Under the pieces are notes generated by a model that ran no database searches, had not been told where the DNA came from, and saw nothing but the letters and a program-made list of their open reading frames with translations. Of a stretch of DNA of 64,000 nucleotides, positions 44,852 to 54,550 are shown in pieces; within the stretch, counting starts at the first letter, position 1, and every line of letters starts with the position of its first letter. The stretch is from an uncultured Christensenella sp. (lineage in GTDB: Bacteria > Bacillota > Clostridia > Christensenellales > UBA3700), in contig CAJTPC010000002.1 of the NCBI GenBank assembly GCA_910578245.1, positions 44,144 through 108,143 of the forward strand, in the 5' to 3' direction. The position numbers were made by a program, and so were the translations under genes.

Positions 44852-45796
44852 TCACTTGCAGGCTTTTTTTACGACGTACTTTTGACAAAAACCTATTGGG
44901 TGGTAGGACTGCTTTGACTTACGCAATCCCTCCAAGCCCATATCCTCTTGGCGATTGATTACTCTCACCTGCTCAAAATGCTTTTGCGCAAAGGCTTGGC
45001 ATAGATAAGAATACACGCCGTCATAATTTATATCACCTTTTTCTATATGCGTAATTCCCACGCTTGACGGAGTGATTTCTCCCAAAGAAAAGCCTATAAT
45101 CTTACCTTGATATTCTATCACATCGGCAAAATAATTTTCGTACTTTCCGATGAATTGCAGAGCCAAAGAAATTACGCTGATTTCATCGTTTGCCATTTCG
45201 TCAAAATCTTTATCGTCGAACTCCTTACTCTCTTCCCAACCGTTGATAAAAGCCAAAACTTTGTCTTTATCGTCTGCGGTATATGAGCGAAATACCGTTC
45301 CGCCCTCCTCGTTGGGTCTGTAAGCCTTGATAAAATTATTGACGTGATTGCGCTTGGAATGGAGTTTTTTACCTGCGTACGTGATAAGACTTTGGGGATT
45401 GTAGAGATATTCGGCGTAATCTTGGTTTAAGACGTACTCGTAATTATCCCCCAATATATCAACGTACTCTTGCGGAGTGGACATGACGTACATGTTCTGA
45501 CCTTCCGACTTGCAAAAGTCTTCAATCTTGCCATAAGCATATTTGATTTTTTCTATTACGCAAAGCGGAGGCAGATAAATATACCCGTCGCGAACGCCGT
45601 CCTCGTTGAATTTATCGTGAGGTCTGAATCGCAGATAAATGACTCCGTCTTCCTCGGCAATCTGCATGCTTTTGTAATTAAAGAAGTCCCAACCCTTAAG
45701 ATAAAGGAGAGAATACTCGCTGCCGTCATAGTCGGTAAGCATTTGAATTCTTGCTATATTTGAAAAGTCCTCGTCGTTAATTGCTCTAAATAGCAT
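44852..45796 (-). CDS. DUF2156 (phosphatidylglycerol lysyltransferase C-terminal-like, GNAT-fold) protein
   Basis: YAGKKLHSKRNHVNNF and NRQEDMGLEGLRKSKQSYHP blocks are characteristic of the DUF2156 family. Confidence 0.75.
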   Translation of the reverse strand: MLFRAINDEDFSNIARIQMLTDYDGSEYSLLYLKGWDFFNYKSMQIAEEDGVIYLRFRPHDKFNEDGVRDGYIYLPPLCVIEKIKYAYGKIEDFCKSEGQNMYVMSTPQEYVDILGDNYEYVLNQDYAEYLYNPQSLITYAGKKLHSKRNHVNNFIKAYRPNEEGGTVFRSYTADDKDKVLAFINGWEESKEFDDKDFDEMANDEISVISLALQFIGKYENYFADVIEYQGKIIGFSLGEITPSSVGITHIEKGDINYDGVYSYLCQAFAQKHFEQVRVINRQEDMGLEGLRKSKQSYHPIGFCQKYVVKKACK

Positions 45797-45848
45797 AATT
45801 TCCTTATTTTTAGTTGTACGTATTCTAATTTATGTGTATAATTGAAGT

Positions 45849-46358
45849 ATGAAAAAATTTTATCCTTTCAAACAAAAAACTTGGATATATATTCTCTCGA
45901 TACTTGCAATTATTATATTGTTAATTTTTATGATTGTCAAGATTTTAGGCGTTGCCGGCGCAGGGAATTTAGTATCCTATCACCATACGGAAGACATAGT
46001 CGCGACCGTCATAATGGGCGTAGTTGCGATACTGCTCTCGGTTTTCGTTTTCTTATGCGGATTACGTCTTGGCAAAAATCACGTATTCTACGTAATGGGC
46101 TTTTTGGTAGAGCGTATCAAATACGAAGATATTATCGTGATAAATATGGACACCGCAGGAGAATTTATGCTGATATATTATAAGGTTAAAAGACGCGGTA
46201 TGGTCAAGGATAATAAGACGGGAATAAACGCCGACGTAATCATGGTCAATTGCAAAAAACAATATTTTGACAATATAATTGACGGTTTGAGGGCAAAGCA
46301 ACCCTCGCTTGTAGTGGAATTCATAACAAAAGGAGATAAAAAGGCTTTGAATAAGTGA
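45849..46358 (+). CDS. hypothetical membrane protein (two N-terminal TM helices plus a small PH-like soluble domain)
   Basis: Hydrophobic segments WIYILSILAIIILLIFMIV and VIMGVVAILLSVFVFLCGL. No firm family assignment. Confidence 0.5.
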   Translation: MKKFYPFKQKTWIYILSILAIIILLIFMIVKILGVAGAGNLVSYHHTEDIVATVIMGVVAILLSVFVFLCGLRLGKNHVFYVMGFLVERIKYEDIIVINMDTAGEFMLIYYKVKRRGMVKDNKTGINADVIMVNCKKQYFDNIIDGLRAKQPSLVVEFITKGDKKALNK

Positions 46359-46422
46359 CAGATAAAATTGCGCAAATCAGCGGCAATCTCTCACAAGAAC
46401 TTATGAAAAGACTATAAAACAA

Positions 46423-47016
46423 ATGAAAGCAGTCTTAGCAAGCAATAACAAACACAAACTTATAGAAATCAAGGCTATGCTGTCGGGCAAATTCGAAGAT
46501 ATACTCACGCTTAAAGACCTTGGCATAGAAATAGATATTGAAGAAAACGGAACGACTTTTGAAGAAAACGCGTACATAAAGGCAAGTGCTATTGCCAAGA
46601 TGACGGGTATGCCGGCAATAGGCGACGACAGCGGAATTTGCGTACTCGCTCTGAATGGCGAGCCCAATATATACTCCGCCCGATACGCAGGCGAGCCTTG
46701 TAACGACAGAAACAACAACGAGAAATTACTCTCCAAACTCCACGCTTTAGAAAGCGACGGAAAAAAAGTCGATAGAACGGCTTACTTTCAAAGCGTAGTT
46801 GTACTGTGCTATCCCGATGGCAGTTACGTCAGCGGAAGCGGAAGAACGTATGGCAAAATTATTGATGATTACCGAGGCTCTAACGGATTTGGTTACGACC
46901 CGTTGTTTTTGAGCGACGAATTGGGCAAAACGTTCGGCGAAGCGGTAATGGAAGAAAAGAATACGATTTCTCACCGTTCGCGCGCTCTTAAAAATTTGCT
47001 TGAGAAAATTGTTTGA
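46423..47016 (+). CDS. rdgB: non-canonical purine NTP pyrophosphatase (RdgB/HAM1 family)
   Basis: LASNNKHKLIEIK, EENG.TFEENA.IKA, DDSG, GFGYDPLF, SHRSRA motifs. Confidence 0.9.
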   Translation: MKAVLASNNKHKLIEIKAMLSGKFEDILTLKDLGIEIDIEENGTTFEENAYIKASAIAKMTGMPAIGDDSGICVLALNGEPNIYSARYAGEPCNDRNNNEKLLSKLHALESDGKKVDRTAYFQSVVVLCYPDGSYVSGSGRTYGKIIDDYRGSNGFGYDPLFLSDELGKTFGEAVMEEKNTISHRSRALKNLLEKIV

Positions 47017-47048
47017 CATTATCTTATAAAAAGAGTAATTTTATAAAT

Positions 47049-47513
47049 ATGAAAAATATTATTGTTATTTCCGATACTCACGGAAGTATCCCCGACAATG
47101 AAATTCTATGGGAAGCCTTTGACAACGCAGACTATATATTTCATCTTGGCGACGGTAAAAACGAAATTGCCAAACTAAAAGAAATATACAAGGACAAGTT
47201 GTACTACGTCTACGGTAATTGCGATGCAATGTCCAATGGACTTGAACAAGTCATAGATATTGAGGGCGTTAAGTTCTTTCTGACGCACGGACATAATTAT
47301 AAAGTCAAGTCGTCGGACGTATATCTGCAATTGCGAGGCGAAGAACTTGACGCGGACTGTTGTCTTTACGGACACGCGCATATCCCCTCTATTACCCAAG
47401 TCGGAAATATGCAACTTATCAACCCCGGCTCGCTGAAGTACGCAAGGACGTATTGCTATATGAGCGTAGTAAACGGCAAGGCGCTTGCGAAAATCGTGGA
47501 GTTGAAAGGTTGA
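47049..47513 (+). CDS. YfcE/MJ0936-family metallophosphoesterase
   Basis: IIVISDTHG, HLGD, GNCD, LTHGH, GHAH motifs. ATG at 47049 preferred over the TTG at 47013. Confidence 0.85.
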   Translation: MKNIIVISDTHGSIPDNEILWEAFDNADYIFHLGDGKNEIAKLKEIYKDKLYYVYGNCDAMSNGLEQVIDIEGVKFFLTHGHNYKVKSSDVYLQLRGEELDADCCLYGHAHIPSITQVGNMQLINPGSLKYARTYCYMSVVNGKALAKIVELKG

Positions 47514-47541
47514 GATAATTAAGAAATAAATTTTAAGGTAT

Positions 47542-49371
47542 ATGAACATGAAAAGACAGGATTTGAGAAACATTGCAATTATTGCGCACGTAGACCACGG
47601 CAAAACGACTATGGTCGACCAACTTCTCCGTCAAAACGGAGTATTCCGCTCCAACGAAGCCGTTGTGGACAGAGTTATGGACAACGGAGATATTGAAAGA
47701 GAACGCGGTATTACCATACTTGCCAAGAACACTGCCGTACACTATAAGGGCGTTAAGATTAACATAATAGACACCCCCGGACACGCAGACTTCGGCGGTG
47801 AAGTCGAGCGTATACTCTCTATGGTTGACGGCGTACTGCTTCTCGTAGACGCAGTCGAAGGCTGTATGCCACAGACGAGATACGTACTAAAAAAGGCTTT
47901 GGGACTAAACAAAAAAGCCGTAGTAGTAATAAATAAAGTTGACAGAGGCGGAGATCCTAATCAGGTCATAGACCAACTTATCGACTTATTTATCGAACTT
48001 GGCGCCAACGATGACCAACTTGATTTTGTCACGGTTATGGCAAGCGCAAAGCAAGGCTGGGCAAGTCTTAAGGTAGGCGAAGTCGGAAAGGATATGACTC
48101 CCCTTCTTGACACTATTATTGAGCAAATCCCCTGCCCCGAGGGCGACACAGAGGCAGGCTTGCAAGCAATCATTTGCAATATAGACTATGACGAATACGT
48201 AGGAAGAATAGGTATCGGCAGAATAGTCAGAGGTACGATAAAGAACGGACAGCAGGCAATCATATGCCACGCCGACGGTACTAATCACCAAGCTAAGATA
48301 GCCAAGTTATATCAATTTGAGGGCTTGAAAAGAGTTGAGTGCGAAAGCGGTAGCGTTGGCGACATAGTAGCTATAAGCGGTGTCGACAACCTCAATATCG
48401 GAGAAACCATTTGCGACCTAAACAAAATCGAGCCTCTACCCTTTGTCAAGATTGACGAGCCTACGCTCTCAATGCTCTTTATGGTCAACAATTCGCCTTT
48501 TGCAGGCAAAGAAGGCAAATACGTCACCTCCAGACACTTGCGCGCAAGACTTTTCAAAGAAGTGGAAACCAACGTCTCGATGCGCGTTGAGGAAACCGAT
48601 TCCGCCGACAGCTTTAAGGTATTCGGCAGAGGCGAATTGCACTTGTCTATACTCATAGAAACTATGCGCAGAGAGGGATACGAATTTGCAGTATCCCGTC
48701 CAAAAGTAATTTACAAGACTATTGACGGCGTACTTTGCGAGCCTATGGAAGAACTTGTCGTGGACGTACCGGAAGAATACGTAGGCGCGGTAATGAACAA
48801 AATCGGCGCAAGAAAGGGCGACCTTAAAAATATGACCCCCGACGACAGAGGTGGAACAAAACTTGAATTTGACATACCTTCTAGATGCCTTATCGGTTAC
48901 AGAAGCGAAATGTTGACGGATACGAGAGGCTTTGGAGTAATGCACCACGTACTCAAAGGATACGAGCCATACAAGGGAGAGGTGCAAGAGCGTAACAGAG
49001 GCTCTTTAGTCGCTTGGGAAGACGGCATAACTACTTCCTACGGACTTTTCAACGCGCAAGAGCGCGGTAATCTCTTTATTGGCGCAGGCGTCAACGTCTA
49101 TGAAGGTATGATAGTCGGCGTCAACTCCCGCGAGGACGATATGGTAGTCAACGTCTGCAAGAAAAAGCAACTCACCAACAACCGCGCAAGCGGAAGCGAA
49201 GAAGCGCTCAAGCTCATTACCCCGACGGTTATGTCGCTAGAACAGTGCCTTGAGTTTATAGCCGACGACGAACTTGTCGAAGTAACGCCCAAAAGTATAA
49301 GATTGCGTAAGACGATACTCTCTAAAGACTTGAGATTAAAGCATGAAGCAAAACTCAAAAAGAATATATAA
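47542..49371 (+). CDS. typA: translational GTPase TypA/BipA
   Basis: [27 protein letters not shown] and full-length collinearity with BipA. Confidence 0.95.
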   Translation: MNMKRQDLRNIAIIAHVDHGKTTMVDQLLRQNGVFRSNEAVVDRVMDNGDIERERGITILAKNTAVHYKGVKINIIDTPGHADFGGEVERILSMVDGVLLLVDAVEGCMPQTRYVLKKALGLNKKAVVVINKVDRGGDPNQVIDQLIDLFIELGANDDQLDFVTVMASAKQGWASLKVGEVGKDMTPLLDTIIEQIPCPEGDTEAGLQAIICNIDYDEYVGRIGIGRIVRGTIKNGQQAIICHADGTNHQAKIAKLYQFEGLKRVECESGSVGDIVAISGVDNLNIGETICDLNKIEPLPFVKIDEPTLSMLFMVNNSPFAGKEGKYVTSRHLRARLFKEVETNVSMRVEETDSADSFKVFGRGELHLSILIETMRREGYEFAVSRPKVIYKTIDGVLCEPMEELVVDVPEEYVGAVMNKIGARKGDLKNMTPDDRGGTKLEFDIPSRCLIGYRSEMLTDTRGFGVMHHVLKGYEPYKGEVQERNRGSLVAWEDGITTSYGLFNAQERGNLFIGAGVNVYEGMIVGVNSREDDMVVNVCKKKQLTNNRASGSEEALKLITPTVMSLEQCLEFIADDELVEVTPKSIRLRKTILSKDLRLKHEAKLKKNI

Positions 49372-49392
49372 TGCATTGCTAATTATAAAACT

Positions 49393-49423
49393 AACAGCGA
49401 AAAATACTTTCGCTGTTTTTTTA
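49393..49423 (+). terminator. rho-independent terminator after typA
   Basis: AACAGCGAAA-aatac-TTTCGCTGTT followed by TTTTT. Confidence 0.8.
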
Positions 49424-49541
49424 TTATATTAATAAATAATCCTGTAAAATCTACATAATTACTGTAAATTACTCTCTAATACTATATTGTCTTTCCCCCA
49501 TCTCCATTGGTATAATAAATACGTAAGGAGGGCAAACGAGT

Positions 49542-50384
49542 ATGGAAAGAGTTGAGAAAGAAAACATAGTTTTGTATAATGAGAAAAGCAACAACGTTGC
49601 TACGATAAAGGGCGCTTTTGGAATACTATCTTACATACTTGCTATAATCATAATATTTGCAAATTTAATTATGTTTCCATACCTCAATGTTGTAATTAAC
49701 AGTTATATAAGTAATAGCAATAGCAAAAATTGGGGCGTGCCAATTTCATGTCTTGTTATTATAATTATTGCATCAGCAGTGATATTAACACGACTGCTAT
49801 TACTTAAAACACCTAAAATGTACTTCATAGGCAAAGATTTATATATTAAAGAAAGTAAAGATTTTTACTTAAAAGTTCTTCCGGAAGAACTCGAAGGATA
49901 TAGTTGGAAAACATATCGCGATACAATGAGCGCATCTTCAATATCACGCGCCTATTGGGGCAAGATAAATCTTATAATAAATGGAGAAAAATATACATTA
50001 AGTTGCTCGTCTTTGAAAAAAACAAAGCACTATATTGACGGCTTCAAAAAAGGCTTGTCAGTTGAGGAAAATTTGTTTGACGGCGACCAATACCAGTCCC
50101 ACACAAGAAAAACAATACTGCCTTTACTTGTTTGGTTAGTTATTTCTATAGGTTCGTTCACTACAATGTTCTTCAGTATGAGCAATGTACTTTCAACAAT
50201 ATCAGTAATAATATTTAGCTTATCGTGTGTTATGCTTTTGATATTACTAATTTACTCTATTGTTAAAGGAAATAAAATTGCACAAATTCTAAAAGATAAT
50301 TATTATACATTCGTCTTAAAAAAACCAGTAAATTTTAGCAACAAAGATGAATGTGACGATATATCAAAAAATGATTGTAATTAG
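49542..50384 (+). CDS. hypothetical polytopic membrane protein in a low-GC islet
   Basis: Intact ORF with an SD (aaggagg). TM pairs at both ends flank a soluble PH-like middle. Terminators on both sides. Confidence 0.55.
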   Translation: MERVEKENIVLYNEKSNNVATIKGAFGILSYILAIIIIFANLIMFPYLNVVINSYISNSNSKNWGVPISCLVIIIIASAVILTRLLLLKTPKMYFIGKDLYIKESKDFYLKVLPEELEGYSWKTYRDTMSASSISRAYWGKINLIINGEKYTLSCSSLKKTKHYIDGFKKGLSVEENLFDGDQYQSHTRKTILPLLVWLVISIGSFTTMFFSMSNVLSTISVIIFSLSCVMLLILLIYSIVKGNKIAQILKDNYYTFVLKKPVNFSNKDECDDISKNDCN

Positions 50385-50424
50385 TTAGACTTTTTCTTCT
50401 ACATACATAACCCCCTAATGCAAG

Positions 50425-50449
50425 AAGTCGACCGCATGGTCGGCTTTTT
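50425..50449 (+). terminator. rho-independent terminator after 49542..50384
   Basis: AAGTCGACC-gcat-GGTCGGCTT followed by TTT. Confidence 0.6.
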
Positions 50450-50452
50450 GTA

Positions 50453-51499
50453 TTACTTTTTAATTTCCATATACTTAAATTTGCTTGACATAATAGACAC
50501 CAAATGCCACTGCCTTTTCATATAAGCCAATAAATCAGTTGTGTTTTGCTTGTACGCTGACAATACCTTTTGACTGTCATTGAAATTCTCTATTACAGCT
50601 CTTGCGCAGTAATAACCGCTCTCCATACCGCAAGATATACCCTCGCCCATTGGATTGAGAAATCCTGCGACTTCGCCGGCAAACAGCGCTCTGCCTATGC
50701 CGTAATCAATAACGTAATCCGGGCGTACGCGTGGCATTATCCACTTTTCTTCCTTTACTTTCTTATCAATTACCAAGTTGTGTTTTTCTTGCATATATTT
50801 TATAAATCTATCGTTGTATTCTTTAATCTTGCTTTTATCCTCTACCGCAACTCCCAAAACCAACATGTCGTCCTTGACGTTAAACCAAGCGTCGTATTGC
50901 GAAAGCTTAGGTTGAAGGTAAGCGTAAAAATAATGGGGATCAAGATTTATTTTACCGTTATAGAACGCCTGATAAGTGATTATATAGTCTTTATCGCAAT
51001 TTAATAAACTTCGTTTTACAGTTCCTATTGCGCCCTCGCAATCAATAAGATATTTCGCGCTCTTTTTGCCAATGCTACTATCTGAAAACGTCACTTCCAC
51101 GCAATCGTCTAAGTTTTTGCAAGAACTTACGCTCACTCCGTCGATAACCTCCGCCCCTTTCTCTTCTGCCATTTCCAAAAGAAAGTTGTCAAAGTCGCTT
51201 CGCCATACGTTGTGACCTCTTTGTTCAAACTTGTATTCTTGCCCCTCATCGTTGACGAATACCATTCCGTAATTGTCATACGGCGTACACTTTACTCTGT
51301 CGGGAATGTCTGCATGAAAATACTCTTTGACAAGCGCCGCCGTCTTGGCAATTATCATTCCCGAACAAGACTTGTATCTTGGCAACTTGCACTTCTCAAC
51401 TACCAAAACGGAAAAGCCATTCTCTGACAGGATCTTTGCGCAAGTCGCGCCAGTCGGTCCAGCGCCGACAACAATAATATCGTGATTATTTCTTTCCAT
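50453..51499 (-). CDS. FAD-dependent oxidoreductase (geranylgeranyl reductase-like family)
   Basis: HDIIVVGAGPTGATCAKIL Rossmann motif and C-terminal GEVAGFLNPMGEGI. Confidence 0.8.
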   Translation of the reverse strand: MERNNHDIIVVGAGPTGATCAKILSENGFSVLVVEKCKLPRYKSCSGMIIAKTAALVKEYFHADIPDRVKCTPYDNYGMVFVNDEGQEYKFEQRGHNVWRSDFDNFLLEMAEEKGAEVIDGVSVSSCKNLDDCVEVTFSDSSIGKKSAKYLIDCEGAIGTVKRSLLNCDKDYIITYQAFYNGKINLDPHYFYAYLQPKLSQYDAWFNVKDDMLVLGVAVEDKSKIKEYNDRFIKYMQEKHNLVIDKKVKEEKWIMPRVRPDYVIDYGIGRALFAGEVAGFLNPMGEGISCGMESGYYCARAVIENFNDSQKVLSAYKQNTTDLLAYMKRQWHLVSIMSSKFKYMEIKK

Positions 51500-51613
51500 A
51501 ATATTATATTAGCAAAAATAGATAGCAAAATCAATGCTATAGGCAAATTGCATAAAACAAATCGCGCGCTACTACCTAAAAGTAACGCGCTTTTGTTTTA
51601 TTATGTAATCAGT

Positions 51614-51712
51614 TTATCTCTTATCAATAAATTCAAGAATAACGTCAACTGCGTTTTCTACTCCGATTGAGCTATCTACAGTCAAGTCGTAGTTGCTTGA
51701 TTCTCCCCACTT
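51614..51712 (-). pseudogene. C-terminal fragment of a cytidylate-kinase-like (AAA) family gene
   Basis: Minus-frame read KWGESSNYDLTVDSSIGVENAVDVILEFIDKR-stop resembles the C-terminus of cytidylate kinase-like family proteins. No N-terminal part is present. Confidence 0.3.
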
Positions 51713-52144
51713 ACAACCTGTGATAACTGTCCGAGGAAAGTCGCCAATGCGGCTCCTGTCATACCCATTTTGAAACCAAAGATAAAGAGCGGGTCAAGAC
51801 CTATATTGATTATAGCGCCTATTGCCGTAGCTAGCATAGCAAACTTTGGACTGCCGTCGGCTCTGACTATAGGATTAAGCTAGCCAAAGTAAAGAACAAA
51901 AATCCGCCTATAATAAAGTTGGCGTATTCGCTTGATTTGTCTAGAATATCGCCTTGAGCGCCAATAGCAACCAAGATTTTATCTTTCAAGCAAAAGCAGA
52001 TTATCATAAGCGCTATGCTTGCGATAGTTCCGTAAAACAGCGCTGTTTGATTATCAAACTCAATACGCAAGGAATTGCAAACATTCTCATCAGTTTGCCG
52101 ACTTTCTCAACGCCTAAAAAATTATTTTTGGTTGTTTCTTCCAT
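51712..52144 (-). pseudogene. MATE-family efflux transporter pseudogene (frameshifted, truncated to roughly the N-terminal 40%)
   Basis: SD GGAGG plus ATG at 52144 gives MEETTKNNFLGVEKVGKLMRMFAIPCVLSL. MATE-like segments continue in other frames (ORF 51867..52070; ..VRADGSPKFAMLATAIGAIINIGLDPLFIFGFKMGMTGAALATFLGQ) and then break off. Confidence 0.6.
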
Positions 52145-52353
52145 AAATAAAACCTCCGAAAGACCTTCGTCTTTGTCGGAGTAAAGAACGTCTGAAACCT
52201 GCGAAGAACATAAAAAGGGCGTAGAATTGTCGAAAATTCTACGCCCTATAATTGCTGTTCGACGTTGATTATTTTAACAAAATTAAAAATTTTTGTCAAA
52301 CAAATTTCAACGCGCTATTTCAAATTTACAGAAATTGAAATTACATACTATGA

Positions 52354-52863
52354 TTACTCTGCGTCGGTTTCTTCTCCGCTAACGGTTCCGCTACCGACTT
52401 CGCCAGACGTTACTTCAATACCCAATGCGCTGTTGACTTTTTCTTTGTCAAATACCTCAGTATAACCTTCAAGCCAAACTTCTATTGAATAAAGAAATTT
52501 TTCTAGTCTTGTCTGCGACGTCCATTGCTCGTAATTTTCTTCATCAAAATCACTCATGTATCCAATAAGAGAGTCGCCTACGTAAAATGCAACGTCTTTT
52601 ACATACTCGCCCGATTCGTCTTTTACTTGGAAGGGAATCGCAACAAAGATATAAAGGTGCGTGGTACCTTCGTCGTCTGTATAATACTTTTCATATCCGC
52701 ATCTGCCGGCTATCTCAAAAGACTCGTCGTTTTTCTCGGCTTTCAATGCTTTTGCGCAATCAACGACTTGGTCAAACGGGTCTTTATTGCTACAAGCAAC
52801 GCAACCGCAAACAACTGCAATTAACATTACTACAACTATTAAACTTGTTAAAACCTTTTTCAT
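52354..52863 (-). CDS. hypothetical lipoprotein
   Basis: MKKVLTSLIVVVMLIAVVCGCVAC signal/lipobox. ATG at 52863 follows an AAGGA SD. Confidence 0.6.
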   Translation of the reverse strand: MKKVLTSLIVVVMLIAVVCGCVACSNKDPFDQVVDCAKALKAEKNDESFEIAGRCGYEKYYTDDEGTTHLYIFVAIPFQVKDESGEYVKDVAFYVGDSLIGYMSDFDEENYEQWTSQTRLEKFLYSIEVWLEGYTEVFDKEKVNSALGIEVTSGEVGSGTVSGEETDAE

Positions 52864-52926
52864 CGTGTTATCCTTAGTTTTATATTTTTTTAATTTTATC
52901 ATTTACAAAATATTATGTCAACTAAT

Positions 52927-53000
52927 TGGAGCAGGTGACGGGAATCGGACCCGCGCTGACGGCTTGGGAAGCCGTAGTTCTACCATTGAACTACACCTGC
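52927..53000 (-). tRNA. tRNA-Gly (anticodon CCC), CCA encoded
   Basis: GCAGGTGTAGTTCAATGGTAGAACTACGGCTTCCCAAGCCGTCAGCGCGGGTCCGATTCCCGTCACCTGCTCCA. Acceptor GCAGGTG/CACCTGC, anticodon loop TTCCCAA. Confidence 0.85.
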
Positions 53001-53092
53001 AATATATTATTATATCTATATTAATTCAATGCCGTCATATTGTCAAGTCAAAACAAAATTAATTGCAAAATTAGATAATTCTGAAGTCATTT

Positions 53093-53797
53093 CTAATTAT
53101 TGCTTAATTTTTCGAATACGCTTTGCGCCAAAAGTTCGCTCCCTTTGACGTTTGGATGAACGCCGTCTGCAAACAACTCTCTCTTGCCGTCAAAAATCTT
53201 ATAAATATCAATACAATCAACGCCTTTAGCTTTTGCAATATTTTTTATAGCCGGGACTACTTCGCTTTCAACTATAGACTTTCTCAAATCATATAATATC
53301 TTTCCTCTCACTTCAAATAATGGAGACGGCGTAAGAATATATACTTTTGGCGCGCTTTCAAGCGCTAAATAACTATCGACAATCTCTCCATAATCATTGA
53401 TAAACTTATCTTTGTCCCAATTATTTTCTTTAGTATCGTTGGTACCAAGAAGAATAACAACAATATCAGGCTTGAAATCTAAACTTTGTTTGTATAACTT
53501 TTCATTTACAATCGGATAATCTCCGCTTTTAATTGCTGTCCTATTGGTATAACCAAAATTATTGACACAATATTTCTCGCCTAAAAGCAAATTTAGAACA
53601 GCCGGATAGTTGTTCTTGCGCCTGTTCCCAACAAAAAGTCCATACGTAATGCTATCTCCAACGCACGCAACGCGAATCTGATTGTTTTTAGCGCTCTTCA
53701 TTGGGTGATAAAAAGATATCAAACCAAAATGAAACAGTGTCAAAATTATTATGCCAGCCAAAACCAACAATGCGATTGCAATTATTATTCCTATCAT
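53093..53797 (-). CDS. SGNH/GDSL-family hydrolase with N-terminal membrane anchor
   Basis: Block I VACVGDSITYG, block III LLGTND, block V DGVHPN. Confidence 0.8.
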   Translation of the reverse strand: MIGIIIAIALLVLAGIIILTLFHFGLISFYHPMKSAKNNQIRVACVGDSITYGLFVGNRRKNNYPAVLNLLLGEKYCVNNFGYTNRTAIKSGDYPIVNEKLYKQSLDFKPDIVVILLGTNDTKENNWDKDKFINDYGEIVDSYLALESAPKVYILTPSPLFEVRGKILYDLRKSIVESEVVPAIKNIAKAKGVDCIDIYKIFDGKRELFADGVHPNVKGSELLAQSVFEKLSNN

Positions 53798-53882
53798 AAA
53801 AACCTCTTTTTATTTATTTTAGCACATACATAAAAATAATTACAATAAAAAATACGAATCAATTAAAAGCGTCGGCGCAACT

Positions 53883-53908
53883 TGCAAAAAGCCCAAACGC
53901 TTTTTGCA
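53883..53908 (-). terminator. putative terminator after 53956..54225
   Basis: Perfect 10-bp stem TGCAAAAAGC/GCTTTTTGCA with a 6-nt loop. The U-rich tract lies only inside the 3' arm. Confidence 0.4.
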
Positions 53909-53955
53909 TTTGAGCTTTAATAATTGCAGTGACCAAAACTACAAAATTGTTTTAC

Positions 53956-54225
53956 TTAACCTTCGTAGCGATCAAGATTGGCGCGGATTGCTTCGATTAG
54001 ACGCTTCTCTGCCGAAGTCTTTTTGTCTTTTGCAACTTTTGTGCAAACGGACGTGCCATAGAGTTTTGCAAGGTCGTCTACGAGATTCTTAAGGTGTACG
54101 GTGTCTAGGATGTTCTCCGAACCGCAAAGTTCTTCTCCCATAGATGTTGTTACGGGAGCTTCCGTAGGGGTTGCTGTAACCGGTGCCTCTGTAGGCGTTG
54201 CTGTGTTCGTAATGTTCTTTTCCAT
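53956..54225 (-). CDS. hypothetical 89-aa protein with tandem TATPTEAPV repeat
   Basis: SD AGGAGA 8 nt before the ATG. N-terminal 9-aa duplication encoded by an imperfect 27-bp DNA repeat. No family recognised. Confidence 0.45.
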   Translation of the reverse strand: MEKNITNTATPTEAPVTATPTEAPVTTSMGEELCGSENILDTVHLKNLVDDLAKLYGTSVCTKVAKDKKTSAEKRLIEAIRANLDRYEG

Positions 54226-54471
54226 ATAAAATATCTCCTATATTATATATTCTTTGTCTCTGATTACACAAATCTACCGCGGATAGCTTAATGCAATGTA
54301 GCCCCTGTTGATAGGGCGAGACATTCTACACGATATAATACGTCTAAGACGCCTTAAAAATGCATAAATTTAAGATAAAAAAATTGATATTTCTTAGTCA
54401 TTACAACGAAATTTGTTGATACCTGTCGGCTATTTCCGCAATCAGTATACCCCACCAAAATATACATTAAA

Positions 54472-54508
54472 CCAAAAAGTACGAACTCACTTTGGCGTGT
54501 GTTCGTAC
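54472..54508 (-). terminator. rho-independent terminator of the R-M operon
   Basis: GTACGAAC...GTTCGTAC 8-bp stem plus 3 inner pairs, followed by TTTTTGG on the minus strand, 43 nt after the stop at 54551. Confidence 0.6.
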
Positions 54509-54550
54509 AGTTCTTTTCTGGCGGAGAGCAAGTATAACCCAAATCGAGTG

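Noticed and set aside
54262-54345. Small nested hairpins (GTAG..CCCT-N6-AGGG..CTAC) upstream of the 89-aa gene, considered as a riboswitch
   Set aside because: The structure is short, matches no riboswitch consensus I know, and overlaps likely promoter sequence. Evidence is insufficient.
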